Of a DNA stretch of 64,000 bases, positions 1 to 9,662 are shown one piece after another. Positions within the stretch are counted from its first letter, which is position 1. Each line of letters starts with the position of its first letter. The stretch is taken from positions 148,838 to 212,837 of the forward strand of contig CAWIIS010000008.1 of the NCBI GenBank assembly GCA_963836175.1, written 5' to 3'. Origin of the DNA: Nitrospirota bacterium (GTDB lineage Bacteria > Nitrospirota > UBA9217). The notes beneath the pieces were generated by a model. It was not told the DNA's origin. It was given only the letters and a program-made list of their open reading frames with translations, and did not search any database. The position numbers and the translations under genes were made by a program.

Positions 1-311
1 TAAATTCTAGGTCGAGTCAATCTTGAAATTGTGACAAAGTGTTCTGAAAGAAGAAATTCAACGAGTGACGTAGTTGCAGGTTGTCCACGTTACCCCTTGG
101 TGCCAGTTGCGATATCCCAAATGGAAGGTATTCTCGATTAAGACACATTTTGGGAATAGATCTTGAAATATACAGGATTGCATCGGTTACAAAACATGGG
201 AGAGCGAGGGTAAAGGCTGGTTAAGCGTCGTGATCGGCTGGAAAATGTAACTGGTAAGTGATTTTAATAAGGATAAAATCTTATAGGCTGTTTTATAGGA
301 GAAGTATTCTC

Positions 312-1706
312 ATGAAGAAGTTGCTCTCGCTGCTGTTGCTCGTTGTTGCGTTCTCAGGGTGCGCACACACATGGCCGAATGAGGGAGTGGTTGATAACAT
401 CCTTGCCGTCGATAAGCTTGGCGCGCCGCTTAATCCTGCGAAGGGTGAGGTCTTCGTCAATGCTGTCGAGATAGATGAGCATATCAGGAAACTGCTTCCT
501 CATGACCAGAACTCAGTCCTTATCTTCATACACGGCGGTCTTAACATCGAAAGTACCGCCAATGAACGGGCGAATATTTATACCGAACATATGAAAACGG
601 ACGGGTATTGGCCCGTATTTATCACCTGGCCTTCGGGGTTTTTCAGTACTTACTTGGAGCATACGTTCTTCCTTCGCCAGGGCGAGTACTGGACCTGGAC
701 CGGCCCCATGACCTCCCCCGTTGTCCTGGTCGAAGACCTCGGTCGGGGAGTTATCCGGACGCCGATGGTGTGGTATTATCAAGGGCGTGATTTCTCAAAA
801 TCGGTGGTCTTTGACTGGCTGCCGAATGAAAAGAATGCCAAAAAGGTCAATCAGATGCTCGCTATAGAGCAGCCGTCCCGATTTGCAGAGGTTCCGTCTG
901 TTGTGGATGCGAAGGGCGATCTGGTCGGCGAGCAAAAATGGCTGAGTGCTATTGGAAATGGACTCAAGGGAGTGGCACAGACGACGCTCGGCTTGATAAC
1001 TGCACCGATTTTCGACAGCTTTGGAACAAGTGCCTGGGACGATATGAAGCGGCGAACGCAACTAACCGTTGCCAGGACCTGGATAGACAAACCAACTTTC
1101 GATACCGTGGACAGTTACGTGAAGGAGCGGGAAGGTGGTGTTGTCGCTTTTTTCGAAGCGCTCAAAAAACGTCAGCAGGAGAATAAGGACCTCAAGATCG
1201 TGCTGATCGGACACAGTATGGGCACGATCGTCGCGAACAATATCCTGAGGCAGTGGCCCGAGATCAAGTATGATCGGATTGTCTACATGGCCGCTGCCTG
1301 CTCCATCGAGGACTTTGAAGCCGCTGTCATCCCGCAGCTGAAAAGCAATCCCGCAGCACGTTTCTTCAACTACATGCTCCATCCCATTGCCGAGAACCGG
1401 GAAGCCCACATGTACGGTTTGGGCGGAACGGGCACGCTGCTGAACCAGATCGACAACATCTACGAGAACGCTGTGTCCATGAACCAGAGGACCCTGGGAA
1501 AATGGGAAAACGTTATGAACGGCATTGAGTTCTTCGACGTTCCCGGCATACAAAACCGGCTCTATTTCCGTACCATGCCATTGAATGGCAGTTCTCCAAC
1601 TACGCACGGGGCTTTCGCCGACAAGGACTTCAATAACGACAATGTAGGCTGGTTCTGGCAGGAGGATTTTTCGATTAAGACAAAATCGGAACCAAAGACC
1701 CCGTAA
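312..1706 (+). CDS. Lipoprotein with alpha/beta-hydrolase fold (serine hydrolase, specificity unknown)
   Basis: ORF 258..1706. Internal ATG at 312 is preceded by AGGAG. MKKLLSLLLLVVAFSGC gives a signal peptide plus lipobox. GHSMG is a nucleophile elbow (GxSxG). Confidence 0.7.
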   Translation: MKKLLSLLLLVVAFSGCAHTWPNEGVVDNILAVDKLGAPLNPAKGEVFVNAVEIDEHIRKLLPHDQNSVLIFIHGGLNIESTANERANIYTEHMKTDGYWPVFITWPSGFFSTYLEHTFFLRQGEYWTWTGPMTSPVVLVEDLGRGVIRTPMVWYYQGRDFSKSVVFDWLPNEKNAKKVNQMLAIEQPSRFAEVPSVVDAKGDLVGEQKWLSAIGNGLKGVAQTTLGLITAPIFDSFGTSAWDDMKRRTQLTVARTWIDKPTFDTVDSYVKEREGGVVAFFEALKKRQQENKDLKIVLIGHSMGTIVANNILRQWPEIKYDRIVYMAAACSIEDFEAAVIPQLKSNPAARFFNYMLHPIAENREAHMYGLGGTGTLLNQIDNIYENAVSMNQRTLGKWENVMNGIEFFDVPGIQNRLYFRTMPLNGSSPTTHGAFADKDFNNDNVGWFWQEDFSIKTKSEPKTP

Positions 1707-1902
1707 CGAACTATCTCAGGGACGTTGTCTCCGAAGTGGCCTTAGTTAAGCAACGTAGGAACCAACGTTATATATAAATAAGCGAATAGACAAACCGATC
1801 AGTATAGCTGAAAGAAAATTATTTTATAAGCTATCAAAAAGAGAAGCCTCCTGCTAAGAATAAGTTTATCCCGAAACTAAATTCTCGCACAGGAGGCCTC
1901 TC

Positions 1903-3194
1903 ATGAATGATTCAGATGGTATCAGGCTGCAGGAATTTTGTCAATTCAAGAAAGAGATTCGCGGTTCGACGGATTATTTGATCGTCGGTCTGGATATTGC
2001 CAAGGAACGGCATAATGCTTTCTTCGGCACGGCGACCGGCAGGACGCTGCACAAAGGGATGTTCTTTGATAATACGTACGATGGTTTCCAAAAGCTTCTG
2101 ATCCAGCGGACGCGCTCAAGGTGCAACATGGCCTGCGCAAAGTGGTTTTCGGCCTGGAACCCACGGCCAATTACCATAAACCTCTGGGAGAGTATCTCAT
2201 CAAGGGCGGACACCTGGTTGTTCTGGTATCTGCTGCTGCCACGTCAAAGAACCGTGAGCTTATGGATGGCCGATGGGATAAGCACGACACCAAGGATGCC
2301 GCGAATGTTGCCGACCTGATCGCCCTGGGGAAATGCCTGTACTACGACTGCCCGGGGGAGGATCTGCGGTCCTTGCGGGGGCTGTTGTCCTTAAAGAAAC
2401 GGCTCAAAAAAGAGGAGCACGGTCTCCGGGTCCGCATCCGCAATCAGCTTCTGGCCCAGTACTTCCCGGAGATGGACCAGCACTTCGGTTCGGTAGCGAG
2501 TCTGAACGTGGTCCAGCGATGCATGGATCCCTCGCTTATCTCCCTTATGGAATACGACGAGTTCTGCCGGACTGTATCGCCCGGCAAGGTGAATATGGCG
2601 CAGCAGCGGCGGCTTACGCAGATATGGCGGGCTGCCAAGCAGTCCATTGGCTGCATCGTCGGAGAAGCGGTGTCCGTGGAAGCACAGATCATGGTGATGG
2701 GACTTCACCAAGTCCGGGAGACGATCAAGACCGTTGAGGACAAAATCGAGGACATCTGCCTGAAGTTTCCGGAGTACTCGTTCCTTCTCATGATTCCCGG
2801 TTTCGGTCCGGATGTATCATCCAAGGTCCTGGCCGCCATCGGCGATCCCGAACGCTTTACGAACGGCAAGCAGGTCTTGAAGATGGCCGGGTTTGATCTG
2901 TGCGCGAGCCGAAGCGGAAAAACGTCAAACAGCGCCACGCCAGTGATCTCCAAACACGGAAAATCCGATCTCCGCTACGCGCTGTATCAGGCGGCGATCA
3001 TCAGTTCGCTCAACTATAAAGAGTTCATCGTCTACCACACGAATAAGATAAAGGGACGGGAGCGGGAAAAAGGGATCGGCACCAAGATGCGGGTGAAGCT
3101 GGCAGCGAAGCTTCTTATAATTGCCTGGACGCTGATGAAGAAGAAAGAACCGTTCGACCCGAAATACCTCAACCAGGGGGTTAGTAAGGCATAG
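1903..3194 (+). mobile_element. IS110-family transposase gene with one frame break near 2098-2105; element ends not resolved
   Basis: N-terminal piece (1903.. frame 1) has VGLDIAKERHNAFF (DEDD-type start). It continues in frame 3 as DPADALKVQHGLRKVVFGLEPTANYH. The C-terminus has IPGFGPDVSSKVLAAIGDPERF...SGKTSN...ISKHGKSDLR, a Transposase_20-like block. No terminal inverted repeats, as expected for IS110. Confidence 0.85.
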
Positions 3195-3466
3195 GCCGGA
3201 CTGAAAATTGAATTTCGACGTAGAGAGCCCGGGACACAACGTTGAGGCGAATGACCTCGTGAGGGACAATACAGGGCCTCTCATAGAACTTGAGAATCTG
3301 GATAAGGGATGCTTGGCGGCAACGGCACGCCGGATATTTATAACGCTTAGAGAGCAAGTTCGCTTTACGTGAGAAAATCGTCGAAGAAAATGCTGATGTC
3401 CGAACAGGACGCATGGGTGAAGTGCGTCTTCAAGAAAAACCGTCAGTTATCGTATTGGAATTTCAG

Positions 3467-3507
3467 CGAAAGCAAGTTGCACTTGACAAGGGGGCTATAG
3501 GATGTCC
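3467..3507 (+). repeat. Copy A of a 41-42 nt direct repeat (CGAAAGCAAGTTGCACTTGACAAGGGGGCTATAGGATGTCC)
   Basis: Aligned by eye with 6247..6288, a few mismatches or indels. It sits at the junction between the IS110 tail and the truncated IS3 orfB. Confidence 0.7.
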
Positions 3508-3518
3508 CCAAAGTTCGT

Positions 3519-4050
3519 GCGATGATGGCTTCCCGCTCCCAGTCTTCAAGCCAGAAGTCGCGAGGGATGGGGGCGTTATGTTCGTTGGCTTTGCCGTACC
3601 GCTTGATCCAGGTGTAAAACTTGCTCTTGCTGACCGCAGCCAGGCGATGAAGCGCTTCAGCGGGATACTCCGCCTTCTCGCTCCAGGCCTTGGTGAAGTC
3701 AACAACGGCGTCGCGCGTATCATGGGGAACCCAGCCGCCGGTTAAAGCTCCCCAAGTTCTTTTTTTAGCTTGATGTGCTCCTCCATCAGTTCGGAGAGCA
3801 CTTCATGCTTTCTTGCGAAGCTTCTCTTCAAGCTGCTGGATGCGCTGGGTTTCTTCGCGCTTGGGATTCTTGTCTTGAGTGAAGGCTGCTGCTCCGTTTT
3901 CAAAAAACTGCTTCTGCCAGAGGTAGAAGATCGTTCGGCTGCAAGCTGATACTCGTCGCACAGGTCCGATACCGCGATCTGCTCGACCAGGTGACGCTTG
4001 AGGATCGAAACCTTCTCTTCGGGGGTGTAATTGTGACGCTTCTTTCGCAT
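3519..4050 (-). pseudogene. Decayed IS3-family element: orfA with two compensating frame breaks plus the first ~75 codons of orfB
   Basis: orfA reads MRKKRHNYTPEEKVSILKRHLVEQIAVSDLCDEYQL, then TIFYLWQKQFFENGAAAF...QQLEEKLRKK in another frame, then HEVLSELMEEHIKLKKELGEL. An A7G slippery run lies at 3759..3767 (minus strand). It is followed in the -1 frame by TGGWVPHDTRDAVVDF...RDFWLEDWEREAII, after which homology stops abruptly at about 3519. Confidence 0.75.
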
Positions 4051-4172
4051 GGACTTTCCTCCGTTCGTGATGGTTTATCACAAATCGGCTAAAAGTCCAA
4101 TTCACGCTGAGCCAAAACAAACGAAGCTAAAGACTGCCGATCATTCTAACAGTTCAAAAGAGAGTTATTTAA

Positions 4173-4931
4173 ATGTTTTGTGATCTCCAAGTAGAAAAAC
4201 TTATAGATGATTTTTCTACCTTGCAATCGAACCTTGAGCAGTCAATGCCAAGGCTAGCTTTATTCGAGCATTATATAATTGACAACAAGGGCGAGAAAAA
4301 ATTTAACATAACGAAAGGGATAAGGAATATTGCCTTTTTAGACAATTTTCACGCTTGTTTGTTTAGATTGCATGAATTTTGTGTAGCTGTCGAGTTCTTC
4401 CAAGGAAAAGTTAGATTTGAAAGAAAGGAGAACGATTTCCCCGAAGGTTACAAACAAAAATTATTTAGCACGATTGCGGCCGATTCATTAAGATCCGCAC
4501 TTGACATATACTCCAAATCCATAGCTTGGTTTTATGACCTCAAAAACAAAAAAGCACTCGGTTTTTCATATAAGGAATTTATAAAACCCGTAAAAGAGTT
4601 CTCCGTGCCAATCTTTAGAGAGGCTAATAGCATATATCAATCAAAACCGTATCAATTAATCAAAGATTTAAGAGATTCTGAAAAGCATTCAGGTCTTGGA
4701 AAACGTCATTTTAAGCTGGTCATCCATGATAAAAAGTTCGAAGCAGAAGTCAAAAATCCGGAGCCACTTAACTTTCAACAAATTGAAAGCGCTTGTTGTG
4801 ATCTTCTGAATTTGTTATTGAATCTAATGCATGTCTCAACAAAAGAAATTATTGCTCACAATAAAAGCTTTATTTCAAAAAATGATAAATTCGCCAAGCT
4901 CGATAACGACGGTAGGTTAATAGGTATATAG
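4173..4931 (+). CDS. Hypothetical protein in low-GC cassette; possible HEPN-like Rx4H motif
   Basis: Intact 252-aa ORF, much lower GC than surroundings. LRDSEKH (R-x4-H) lies in a predicted helical C-terminal region. No other motif recognised. Confidence 0.55.
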   Translation: MFCDLQVEKLIDDFSTLQSNLEQSMPRLALFEHYIIDNKGEKKFNITKGIRNIAFLDNFHACLFRLHEFCVAVEFFQGKVRFERKENDFPEGYKQKLFSTIAADSLRSALDIYSKSIAWFYDLKNKKALGFSYKEFIKPVKEFSVPIFREANSIYQSKPYQLIKDLRDSEKHSGLGKRHFKLVIHDKKFEAEVKNPEPLNFQQIESACCDLLNLLLNLMHVSTKEIIAHNKSFISKNDKFAKLDNDGRLIGI

Positions 4932-5067
4932 CCACAACCCTGACGCAAGAACGAAATGCATTCTGAGGTAAGACTCTAACCACGTCGAGCGAGTCGCGAA
5001 AACCACGCTCCTCACGGCGGCGTTAAGCGAGCAAAGAGGCCAAGTAAATTAATAAAAGGAGATTACG

Positions 5068-5910
5068 ATGAGAGCACAGCAAAATCAAATTATCTTTTTA
5101 TTTTTGTTCTTTGTTACTTCATTGTCCGCATTTGTAGATAAAGCTGACTGCGAGTGTATTGCAGGACCAAAGAGACCTTTTTCCTGCATAGTCATTCAAG
5201 GCCTTGATGCATGCAACCATGTCCAAGGATGCGAATTTTCAACCATTGCCGGTGCGGCATGTCTAGGTCAGATTGTTTCCTGCACAACTCATACAAATGA
5301 GACTTCATGTATCAACGATTTATGGTGCGACTGGATAATTCCGGCCTGTTCTTCTAGCCACGATTGCCCCAATGGAGGTTGTTGTAACTGGTATATGGAC
5401 GGAACCTCCAAATGTCTACCGCCCAAATGCCAGAGCAATTTTGATTGCCAAAAAGGATTTAGATGTGTCGGAACTCGTTGCGATGCTCATTGTAAAAGTA
5501 TTTTCCTTCCAGAGGGCATCTTCGATTACAAGAAAGGGCCTCTTTGTTACTCGAACGGCAAAGGTCATTATTGTTGCTATCCAGACATGGAACATTTCAA
5601 ATGCTTAACTGGTAAAAGCAATGTACCTGAGGGCACCCCGGTATATGATGTAGATGCGGATTGGAAAGATATGATTTATGATGGTGCCTGTTTATGCCAA
5701 CGCCTTCCAGAAGGCATCTTCGATTACAAGAATGGCCCTCTTTGTTACTCGAATGGCGAGGGGCATTATTGCTGTTACAAAAGCATGGAACACTTTAAGT
5801 GCTTAACTGGTGAAAGCAAAGTACCAAATGGCACTCCTGTATATGATGTAGATGCGAATTGGAAAGATATGATTTATGACGGTGCCTGTTTTTCAGAAGC
5901 ATGCCAGTAG
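5068..5910 (+). CDS. Secreted, extremely cysteine-rich protein with a tandem 66-aa duplication
   Basis: AAAGGAG RBS. N-terminal hydrophobic signal (IIFLFLFFVTSLSAF). Dense Cys spacing throughout. LPEGIFDYK.GPLCYSNG.GHYCCY..MEHFKCLTG.S.VP.GTPVYDVDA.WKDMIYDGAC occurs twice. Confidence 0.7.
   Translation: MRAQQNQIIFLFLFFVTSLSAFVDKADCECIAGPKRPFSCIVIQGLDACNHVQGCEFSTIAGAACLGQIVSCTTHTNETSCINDLWCDWIIPACSSSHDCPNGGCCNWYMDGTSKCLPPKCQSNFDCQKGFRCVGTRCDAHCKSIFLPEGIFDYKKGPLCYSNGKGHYCCYPDMEHFKCLTGKSNVPEGTPVYDVDADWKDMIYDGACLCQRLPEGIFDYKNGPLCYSNGEGHYCCYKSMEHFKCLTGESKVPNGTPVYDVDANWKDMIYDGACFSEACQ
5506..5895 (+). repeat. Tandem duplication, 2 x 198 bp, inside the Cys-rich gene
   Basis: 5506..5697 and 5704..5895 are near-identical at nucleotide level, with scattered substitutions. 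Confidence 0.85.
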
Positions 5911-6246
5911 CTGTTAGTGATTGATAGCTAAAGGCAAGACACTTGGCGAAGACACTTGATACCTGACGTGCATTATTCGAAGGACACATTTTGGGGACAG
6001 GTCTTGAAATATAAGAAAATGATTTTCCAAGACCTGACCCCAGAGGAGTGCGATACGAGGTGTAGATAAGTAGTAACACCAAAATAAAAGACCTGACACT
6101 ATGGTCCTCTATGGTCCTCTGCCCTGGAGCAATAACTGACATCATCCCTTTTGCATGGAGGGGCGGGGAAACTGTTTTCTCCTTGACAACTGTCAACCAT
6201 ATCAGGGTCACGTCTTGACCCCAGAGGTGTGACCCCAGAGGTGTTC

Positions 6247-6288
6247 CGAAAAGCACTTTGCGCTTGACAGGGGGCTTATAGGATGTCC
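6247..6288 (+). repeat. Copy B of the 41-42 nt direct repeat (CGAAAAGCACTTTGCGCTTGACAGGGGGCTTATAGGATGTCC)
   Basis: Matches 3467..3507. It lies in a repeat-dense intergenic region that also has GACCCCAGAGGTGT x2 at about 6219-6246, CTATGGTCCT x2 at about 6100-6120, and a GGTCTTG...CAAGACC hairpin at about 5999-6040. Confidence 0.7.
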
Positions 6289-6358
6289 TTAGAATATTAC
6301 TCACCTGCAGAAGGCGAAATGGTATCACGAACGATAAATTCCGAATGGGAGGTGTGCT

Positions 6359-9300
6359 ATGGCTGGACAAAGCAGTGAACTGTTTCGGTTTGTGTCACTT
6401 CGGGCCCGCTGCGAAGCGGCTGCCATTTCCATTTTTAAAGTATTCGAAGATGATGAAATTAAGAAGATTATTGCTGCACCCAAGAATAATGCGGAGGCAT
6501 TAACGACCGAGATCAAGAAAAACAGCCTGGTCGAACTGTCGGAGCTGCCAAATATGGCCATTGAACGCCTTCGAAAATGGGCGGAAAACAGCTTTTCCGA
6601 CTGTTCAACGAATCACAAACATACCCGGGTACGTGAAGGTGCCACGGAGGGCAGGGCGGGCCTGGTCAAACTGACCGAACTGCCCGAAATGGCCTTAAAT
6701 CGACTCCGAAAATGGGCTGAAAGTTGTTTTTCCGGGAGTTCCATCAAGCCAAATCAGGCGCGCGAGGCCGCCGAGATTGCAGCCGACGGCGCGATCGCAG
6801 CCGATATCAAGCGGGTCTGTTTATCCTGGCTTTTTATCAAGTGTGCATCGAATCAGGACCGCCTGAAGCTGTTCGATCCGAATAAGCACGCAGGATTGCG
6901 GGAACTAGAGGTATATATTCGTGACGCGGCTTTATTAAAGCATGCAACAACGAAGTCCGGGGAGCAGGACATACAGGCGTCCATTTCCATGCTGGCATCA
7001 GCGCCCGTATTCATTCCTGGCAGCGTGTCCATTCCGAAAAAACCAGAAGATAAAAAGAAGAATGACCGGCAGGCGCAGATCATGCAGATACAGACGATAC
7101 TCAAGCGTGTGCCAATCTATAAATCACTGGCAAGAGCTGCTATGGTCTTTGACAGCACTCGATCAGAGGCTGCAGATATCGAGATCGAGAAACTGTCAGC
7201 GGCTTGGCCGCTAAAAGCTGCGTCAAAGACAAAGGCAATAAAGGGCAAGAAAAGCCCGCGGCTGGCTGCCGACGATATAGCGGAAAAGATCCGGCTTGTC
7301 CGGGCATCCGCCGCGTTCGCGGATGCAGAGTACCGCAAGGAGTTTGCAGCTTCGCTTACCCCGGCCGAGCGCGACTTGCTTACAAACGTGTATGGTGGGG
7401 ACTTGGCCCATCTTCCCGGGAGCCTGTCAGCGTTTCTAGACAACCTCGAGAAAAGAAAAAATGAGGAATACAAAATCGTGCTCCTCGCAGCCCAGATGCC
7501 GGGCATACAACTGGGCAGTCGCCCCAGGATTGACTCTCGAGGAAGCGTCGGAGCCGGAAGGAGAGTCGGCTGGCCAGTTGCTCAGCCTGGGATTTGCCGA
7601 TCTCATAGTTGCCCGCGAACGAGTTGTCGAGTATGTCCCGGGGGAGATTGCCTACATTGAGAACGTTCTGCCCGGCGAAACACGCAAGCGCGTGCATACG
7701 CGTACGACCGAGACCGAAGAATTAACTGAGGTCGAGCTGACGGAAACAAGCGAGAAAGAGAAGGATCTCCAGCAGACAGACAAGGCCAGCTTCAAGCAGG
7801 AGATCGACAAGACCATCAACCAGGACCTTGCCGTCAACGCTTCGGTAAACGTTTCCGGAAAATACGGGGCGGTGGAGGTAACGGCGAGCGCCAGCGCCCA
7901 GTATTCGTTGAGCATGAACGAGTCACGCAAATCCGCCTCTGAATTCGCTCAGGAAATTGTCACCCGATCGGTCGAGAAAACCGCGCGCTCTCAGCGGGAA
8001 CTCCGCAGGCAGCGGCGCCTGGAGCGTGTTGAAGAGACGAACGAACACGGTCTTCAGGGACAGAGTGCGCCCTACAGCGCAGTATACCGATGGGTCGACA
8101 AAATTCACGAGATAGAACTCAGGCAATACGGGAAACGTCTGATGATCGAAACGATTCTCCCCGACCCGGGGTATTTCCTGCGCGAGCTCATGCAAGTGGA
8201 CAAGGACCCACTCGATCTTGCGCCGCCTCCGTCATTTAACGTAGTGGCCGACCCAGAAACCCTGGAAGGCAATCTGCCTACTTTGGTAAAGGTATATTGT
8301 GCCGAGGGCGTTCAGCCTCCGCCTGCCCTGCATAAAATCGTTGGAGCAAACTACTCGGCAACCGCGGTAGACGGGTCGTCCGGCGGAAGCATTACGATTC
8401 CCGAGGGCTATCGTCCGGTCAGGGGTAATGTTCTGGTGACCGGCGGCAAAGGCGACGATACGTTCGATATGTTCGTGAGCGTTGGCGACAAGGTTGTTAT
8501 AAATCGTTATGTCGATCCTGACGACTTCGATGGCAGCACGACCTCGAGGAACTATGGCCGGAAGTTTCTCCTGGACAACTGTTATGCGGCCGAACCGAGC
8601 ATCCCTTACGCAATCCGCCTTTCAGGTCTGCATGCGAATTGCGGTGCGGTCAGCATCGAGGTGGTGACCGAGCGCACGAACGAAGCATACCAGCGCTGGG
8701 CTCTCGAGACGTGGGAAAAGCTCTACCAGGCGCATAGCAAGCTGGTGGAACAATACGAAGATAGAAAACGGCGTCTCGAACTGAAACAGACGGAAAAAGC
8801 GAAAGGAGCATCTCCCCAGGACGGCGGAAACCCGCTGCAGAATCGCGGCCGCGAGAAAGCGGAGCTCAAGAAGTGGGCAATCTCGCTTATGAGAAGAAAG
8901 ACTACGCATTTTGACGTGTTGTCCGATGAAGGCCTGGCGCTCGGGAGGCTTGCGTGGGCCAGGAAAGTCATCTCCTTCTTTGAAGTGGCGCTGGAATGGG
9001 AACAGATGAGCTATTTCCTGTATCCTTATTTTTGGGAAGACCAAACACTCGCTTGGAAACAGAAAATGGCTATACGGAACTTCGACGATCAATTCCAGCA
9101 GTTCCTGACGGCCGGTTCCTGCCGCCTTCTGGTGCCCGTTACCGCGGGCTATGAACAGCGGCTGCTCCATTACCTCACGTCCCCCGATGCCGGGACTGCG
9201 GGCGAGGAGAGCCTGCTTGACTGGATCCCGCCACATGACGAAACAGGCCGGGAGGATACGCCTCCCCTCGACGGGCTCGAAGAGCAGTTGGCAAACGTCT

Positions 9301-9641
9301 GGACCGAGGTAGTTAAGACCAGGAATCGGGACCTCGTCACCGGTAGCGGGACCCTGAAGGTGGTCGCCGACAGCGATCTTGTTGAGGTAAATGCCGACAG
9401 TCTCTGGGTGCTTGATCCGCAGATCGACGTGAGCCGCGAAGTCTTCATCAACGGGCTGCGGTATGAAATCATGAAAGTGGAGACGGATACGCAGTTCCAA
9501 ATCGATTGCCCCTTTGAATTGGATTCCAATGATAACGCAAATTACCTGATCGGCAGCGTTCGATTCGGCGCGCCGTGGCGGGTAAAACTCCCGACGTCAC
9601 TAGTCGTGATAGCATCCGAGGCGGACAAGCTCAAAGTCTGA
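6359..9641 (+). CDS. Large (~1090 aa) protein of unknown function, one frame break near 7500-7515
   Basis: ORF pieces 6359..7660 (frame 2) and 7461..9641 (frame 3) overlap. Sensible sequence switches from ...EYKIVLLAAQMPGIQLG to AVAPGLTLEEASEPEGES.... A 27-aa segment is duplicated (LVELSELPNMAIERLRKWAENSFSDCS / LVKLTELPEMALNRLRKWAESCFSGSS). Central block: LGFADLIVARERVVEYVPGEIAYIENVLPGE ... YRWVDKIHEIELRQYGKRLMIETILPDP. No Walker A or other catalytic motif seen. Confidence 0.6.
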
Positions 9642-9662
9642 TCTGCCAGAAGGAAAAGAACG

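Noticed and set aside
7461-7660. 200-nt overlap of two ORFs as programmed ribosomal frameshifting
   Set aside because: There is no slippery heptamer or downstream structure at the inferred switch (about 7500-7515). The contig has dozens of similar single-base breaks in housekeeping genes, so an indel error is the simpler explanation. Only read-level data would settle this.
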